A stretch of 64,000 nucleotides of DNA. It comes from Amphiscolops sp. MND2022 (taxonomy: Eukaryota). Positions 62,292 through 64,000 of this stretch are shown here, one piece after another (position 1 is the first letter of the stretch; each line of letters opens with the position of its first letter). The position numbers and the translations under genes are program-made. The notes beneath the pieces are model-generated. The model was not told the DNA's origin. It was given only the letters and a program-made list of their open reading frames with translations, and made no database searches. Where the stretch lies: positions 44,890,001 to 44,954,000 of the forward strand of contig OZ076413.1 in NCBI GenBank assembly GCA_964187785.1, in the 5' to 3' direction.

Positions 62292-64000
62292 ACAATAATG
62301 ACCTGCCAGATAACGTGTTTTTTTCACTTGCACTTCTTTTTGCGAACGACCTCAAACTTATTTGCAAAGTACATGACCATGCTTCTCTTCATGGCATCAA
62401 TAAGTTAAAGGAAGGCGTACACAGCTTACATATTTGGAGCGATGCAACTTTCTTGTGTTTTAATACGAAGAAATGCGAGTACAAAGCTAACAGGAGGAAC
62501 AAACCTGGAATCACCAACACGGCGTTTTCACTCGGAACAGAACCTGTCAGACCCACTAGCTCGGTAAGAGACCTTGATTTGATCATAAATGAAAACCTCG
62601 ACTGGTCTGAACACATTGCAACCAGAGTTAACAGGGCGCGTAAAGTTTTATTTCTCCTCAGAAGAAACACTCCAAACTTACTATCATCTGAATCGAAAAG
62701 CTGCCTCTCTAGATCGAATATCAACCCTACTTTACTATTTGCTTCTGAATGTTGATCTGCGTATAAGTCAAATGCGCACTTAATTGAAAGTCTTGGCCGT
62801 AAAGCTTTGCGTTGGGTGAGCCCTAGACTAACTTATCGCGATTCTCTCCTTAAGAACAATTTACTGCCCCCTTTTTTTCAGGTTCTAAAAGACCTATTCC
62901 TCTTCAATAAGATACTCAACGACAACTATGATGTCTTCCCGCATGCCTATCACATCACAGTCAACGACTCAAGATGGGAAAGAATTCTCCTTCTGACGTT
63001 TAAATATGAAATACAACAACAAGACTTCTGGTACCGGACTGCCTTCAGAAACAAGTTATCCAGAAACATGGATTTCTTTAACCCGACCCGACTGAAATCA
63101 AGACTTCTAGCTATGATGTGGAAATGATTCAAAACTCATTGATCTGAAACGATTCATGTAGTTGGACTTTTATTTGTATTTGTACAAACTGTCGTCAGAG
63201 GCCCTGGACAATTTAGGGAGCAATTCCTGCAGCACATGCTGCGAAGCCTTATTAACAATTATACTAAAAAAACTAATAATAATAATAATAATAATAATAA
63301 AAATCAATGCCAAGTTCCCCGGGAAATGATTAAAATCATACCAAGTTCCTCAACCCCAGTTAGAATTAAAACCAAGTTACCTCTCATTATTAACAAAAAT
63401 AATACAAATAATAATTATTACAAGGCGGGTAACATGGTATTTTGGATGCAACTTGGTTTTGATTTTTACACTATTTCTTAAGAAGGTTAGAGCAGTAGTC
63501 ACTTCACTCATACAATTTCATAAAATTTCTACACTTGCTTCGAAGGCATAAATCGAACAGTAACTTTAATTATGTACTCAAAGTGGCATAACTATCCTAT
63601 TTTGCCCATCCTAAATCAGGGGAGTCGATTGCACATAAAATTTTTCTAAAATTTCAGGCAAAAGTTGACTAAAAGTGAGAAAAACCTCAATTTTGACCTA
63701 AATTTGGTTCAAAATGGCCTATCCTAACTTCTACAATTTTCATCGCATAACCTTCAAATAAACATAACCTTAATAAACAAGTATTAAGGTATCATAATTT
63801 GTGTTCATAATGTTTTCTACTCTAAAAATGTATATAACTTTTGTTTTATACCGTTCTCTTCAGAATTGACAATACATTCTTGCCAAATAGTTGTTTTTGT
63901 ACTCAGACATAATATTGCAGTTATGTGAGTGTCTCCCTTTATTGATTTCAAGCAGTTTTGGTTTTCATAATTTTCCAGTTTTGAGACCCGAAGGAGGCCA

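Larger units (their letters stand above)
59280..63300 (+). mobile_element. decayed CR1/L2-type LINE interrupted by four MITEs, ending in an (AAT)n tail
   Basis: KAEKFNKHFCS, KSRGPDELPP, VTPIFEDGSKKDVKNYRPITLLSACSKVFEK, FDLSKAFDKI, VPQGSILGPLLFILYIN|DLP, LFAND, VRDLDLII..LDWSEHI. Stops and frameshifts present; (AAT)n at ~63277-63300. Confidence 0.9.

Noticed and set aside
63236..63481. Asn-rich ORF
   Set aside because: Translation of the (AAT)n LINE tail and adjacent low-complexity DNA.

Overview
AT-rich, repeat-dense genomic DNA from an invertebrate animal (spliceosomal introns, standard genetic code; the species cannot be determined from the sequence). Five host genes can be assembled by hand with phase-consistent splice sites: MRE11 (minus, 12 exons, ~811 aa), a BNIP3/BNIP3L-like mitophagy receptor (minus, one coding exon), DMAC2L/ATP5S (minus, 2 exons), an L27 + ~7 PDZ PATJ/MPDZ-like polarity scaffold (plus, 14 exons, ~1292 aa, two apparent GC-AG introns) and CAPS2 (minus, 5 exons). 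Introns and intergenic DNA are packed with mostly non-autonomous transposons. These include two decayed CR1/L2-type LINEs, a possible solo LTR, hAT-, Tc1/pogo-, Merlin- and MULE-like MITEs with readable TSDs, and three families with Helentron/HINE (DINE-1-like) architecture. Four signals stand out. (i) HINE-like elements have a covarying 3' hairpin and repeatedly carry a sense-oriented tRNA-like (pol III A/B box) module near the 5' end. (ii) GG..CC-ended MITEs with ~9-bp TSDs have different repeat arms but share the same GCGAAGC-hairpin core cassettes. (iii) A 172-bp satellite is expanding inside a HINE. (iv) The 5' splice sites show an unusual GTT/GTTGGT and GC bias. Gene names rest on recognised motifs, not database searches. 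Most ORFs in the supplied track are spurious repeat translations.
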